A DNA stretch of 64,000 bases, from positions 182,342,001-182,406,000 of the forward strand of contig NC_083243.1 in NCBI RefSeq assembly GCF_032191835.1, in the 5' to 3' direction. The DNA is from Heteronotia binoei (Eukaryota). This document shows positions 62,196 through 64,000 of this stretch, in pieces (positions within the stretch are counted from its first letter, which is position 1; every line of letters begins with the position of its first letter). Position numbers and translations under genes: made by a program. The notes below the pieces were generated by a model, which had not been told where the DNA came from, searched no databases, and saw only the letters and a program-made list of their open reading frames with translations.

Positions 62196-63011
62196 TGAAG
62201 TTATATGTATACAGTCACTTTCTTTAGTTAAAATAGTTATAAACCTACTTTTCTTCCAAGTATCTCAGGGCCCCATGGTGGGTAATAGCAGTGCAGAAAC
62301 AATTCCATAAAACGAACATTAAAACAATATAAACACACAATTAAACCAATCTACAAACATTTTATGCCCTCCCACAAATGCGTTTTACCCTTTTGCGGGT
62401 GCAAGTATTTCACTCTGGCTTTCCCAGTGTTACTGATAATCTTAAAAAGAGCTAACAGTTGGCTGCTTTCACTGATGTTGGCTCCTAAATCTTAACAGTG
62501 GACTATCTCCTTACTCAAGAAAGCGGGGAGACTAATTATGAGACTCGATTTTTTTTGTGAGCTGCTACATCAGTTCTGGGGCTGAAGTCTGGTTCCACTA
62601 ATGTGTCAAGATAAAACTTTCTTTTTGAATTATACCAGACCTAATGAGCAGCAAATAAGGTAAGACCATCATTCTGATCCTGTTTATGTTAGTTTTCGAT
62701 CTATGCATATCTTTAAAAAGAAAATAAAAACTAAAATGGAACCAAACTGCTAGCATTTCAATTGCAATATTTTGGTGATGATTTATTCCTTATAACTAGA
62801 TGGATGAATGAGCACAGAAGCAATTCTCAGTCTTCATTATTATGCATTTATCCATTATGCTGTTTGTATCCCTCTTCTGATGCACCTCAGCTGTGTTTTA
62901 ATTTGAAATTTCTTCTAGAAAAGAAACTATGCAATAAAAAGTATGTTTTGCCATGAAACCAAATTACATATAACTGTCACACACAAGTTGTAAGGATTTT
63001 AGTTTTTTTTT

Positions 63012-63775
63012 TAAATACAAATACAAGTTGATGGGTTGTGAAATGGCAGAGACTGACCAAGAGAGAGATCTTGGGGTTGTGGTAGATAACTCACTGAAAA
63101 TGTCGAGACAGTGTGCGATTGCAATAAAAAAGGCCAACACCATGCTGGGAATTATTAGGAAGGGAATTGAAAACAAATCAGTCAGTATCATAATGTCCCT
63201 GTATACATCGATGGTGTGGCCTCATTTGGAATACTGTGTGCAATTCTGGTCACCGCACCTCAAAAAGGATATTATAGTGTTGGAAAAAGTCCAAAAAAGG
63301 GCAACTAGAATGATTAACGGTTTGGAACACTTTCCCTATGAAGAAAGGTTAAAACGCTTGGGGCTCTTTAGCTTGGAGAAACATCGACTGCGGGGTGACA
63401 TGATAAAGGTTTACAAGATTATGCATGGGATGGAGAAAGTAGAGAAAGAAGTACTTTTCTCCCTTTTTCACAATACAAGAACTTGTGGGCATTCAATGAA
63501 ATTGCTGAACAGTCAGATTAAAACGGATAAAAGGAAGTACTTCTTCACCCAAAGGGTGATTAACATGTGGAATTCACTGCCGCAGGAGGTGGTGGTGGCT
63601 ACAAGCATAGACAGCTTCAAGAAGGGATTGGATAAAAATATGGAGCAGAGGTCCATCAGTGACTATTAGCCACAGTATGTGTTTGTGTGTGTGTGTGTAT
63701 TGGCCACTGTGTGACACAGAGTGTTGGACTGGATGGACCATTGGCCTGATCCAACGTGGCTTCTCTTATGTTCTT
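63012..63775 (+). mobile_element. CR1 LINE 3' portion with open RT C-terminal frame
   Basis: ORF 63028-63669 (213 aa; [20 protein letters not shown]). Tail ttctcttatgttctt. Confidence 0.95.
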
Positions 63776-64000
63776 ATATTCAAGATAGAGGTCACGTGGC
63801 TGGGAAAGACTGAGATGCTAGCTGGAGGGTCACTCCTAAGACTCATTGATGTCTAGCTGACAGCTGTAGACTCTGCAAAAAGAGTTGGGGTGTGATTGGA
63901 TTCTGCACTATCATTGGATAAACAAGTGTCCATGGTAGCACACTCAGCATTTTTGCCCTTACACCAGGCCCACCTGCTGACTCCTTATTTGTCCGGGTCA

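Overview
Vertebrate nuclear DNA, most likely a squamate reptile (gecko-like). This is inferred from the repeat content: Sauria SINE, BovB, CR1, L2, L1, an RTE-X-like LINE, Penelope termini, tRNA- and 5S-derived SINEs, and hAT and Tigger MITEs. I could not confidently identify any host protein-coding gene, so the window reads as a TE-rich intron or intergenic region. There are two assembly gaps (639-800 and 14816-14951). Nearly all ORFs in the track are TE remnants, antisense frames or microsatellite artefacts. The informative signal is structural. Six hAT elements have exact 8-bp target-site duplications (TSDs) and three solo LTRs have exact 5-bp TSDs. A 2.5-kb L1 has both ends and an 18-bp TSD but lacks its EN/RT core. 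An intact 397-codon LINE ORF1-like frame with a perfect Kozak ATG has no ORF2 behind it. A SINE has amplified its body into a 110-bp VNTR with a 220-bp higher-order alternation. A hAT element carries locally copied DNA amid several templated micro-rearrangements, including a 72-nt near-perfect hairpin. Family names come from motif recall, not database searches. Element ends without a TSD are approximate.
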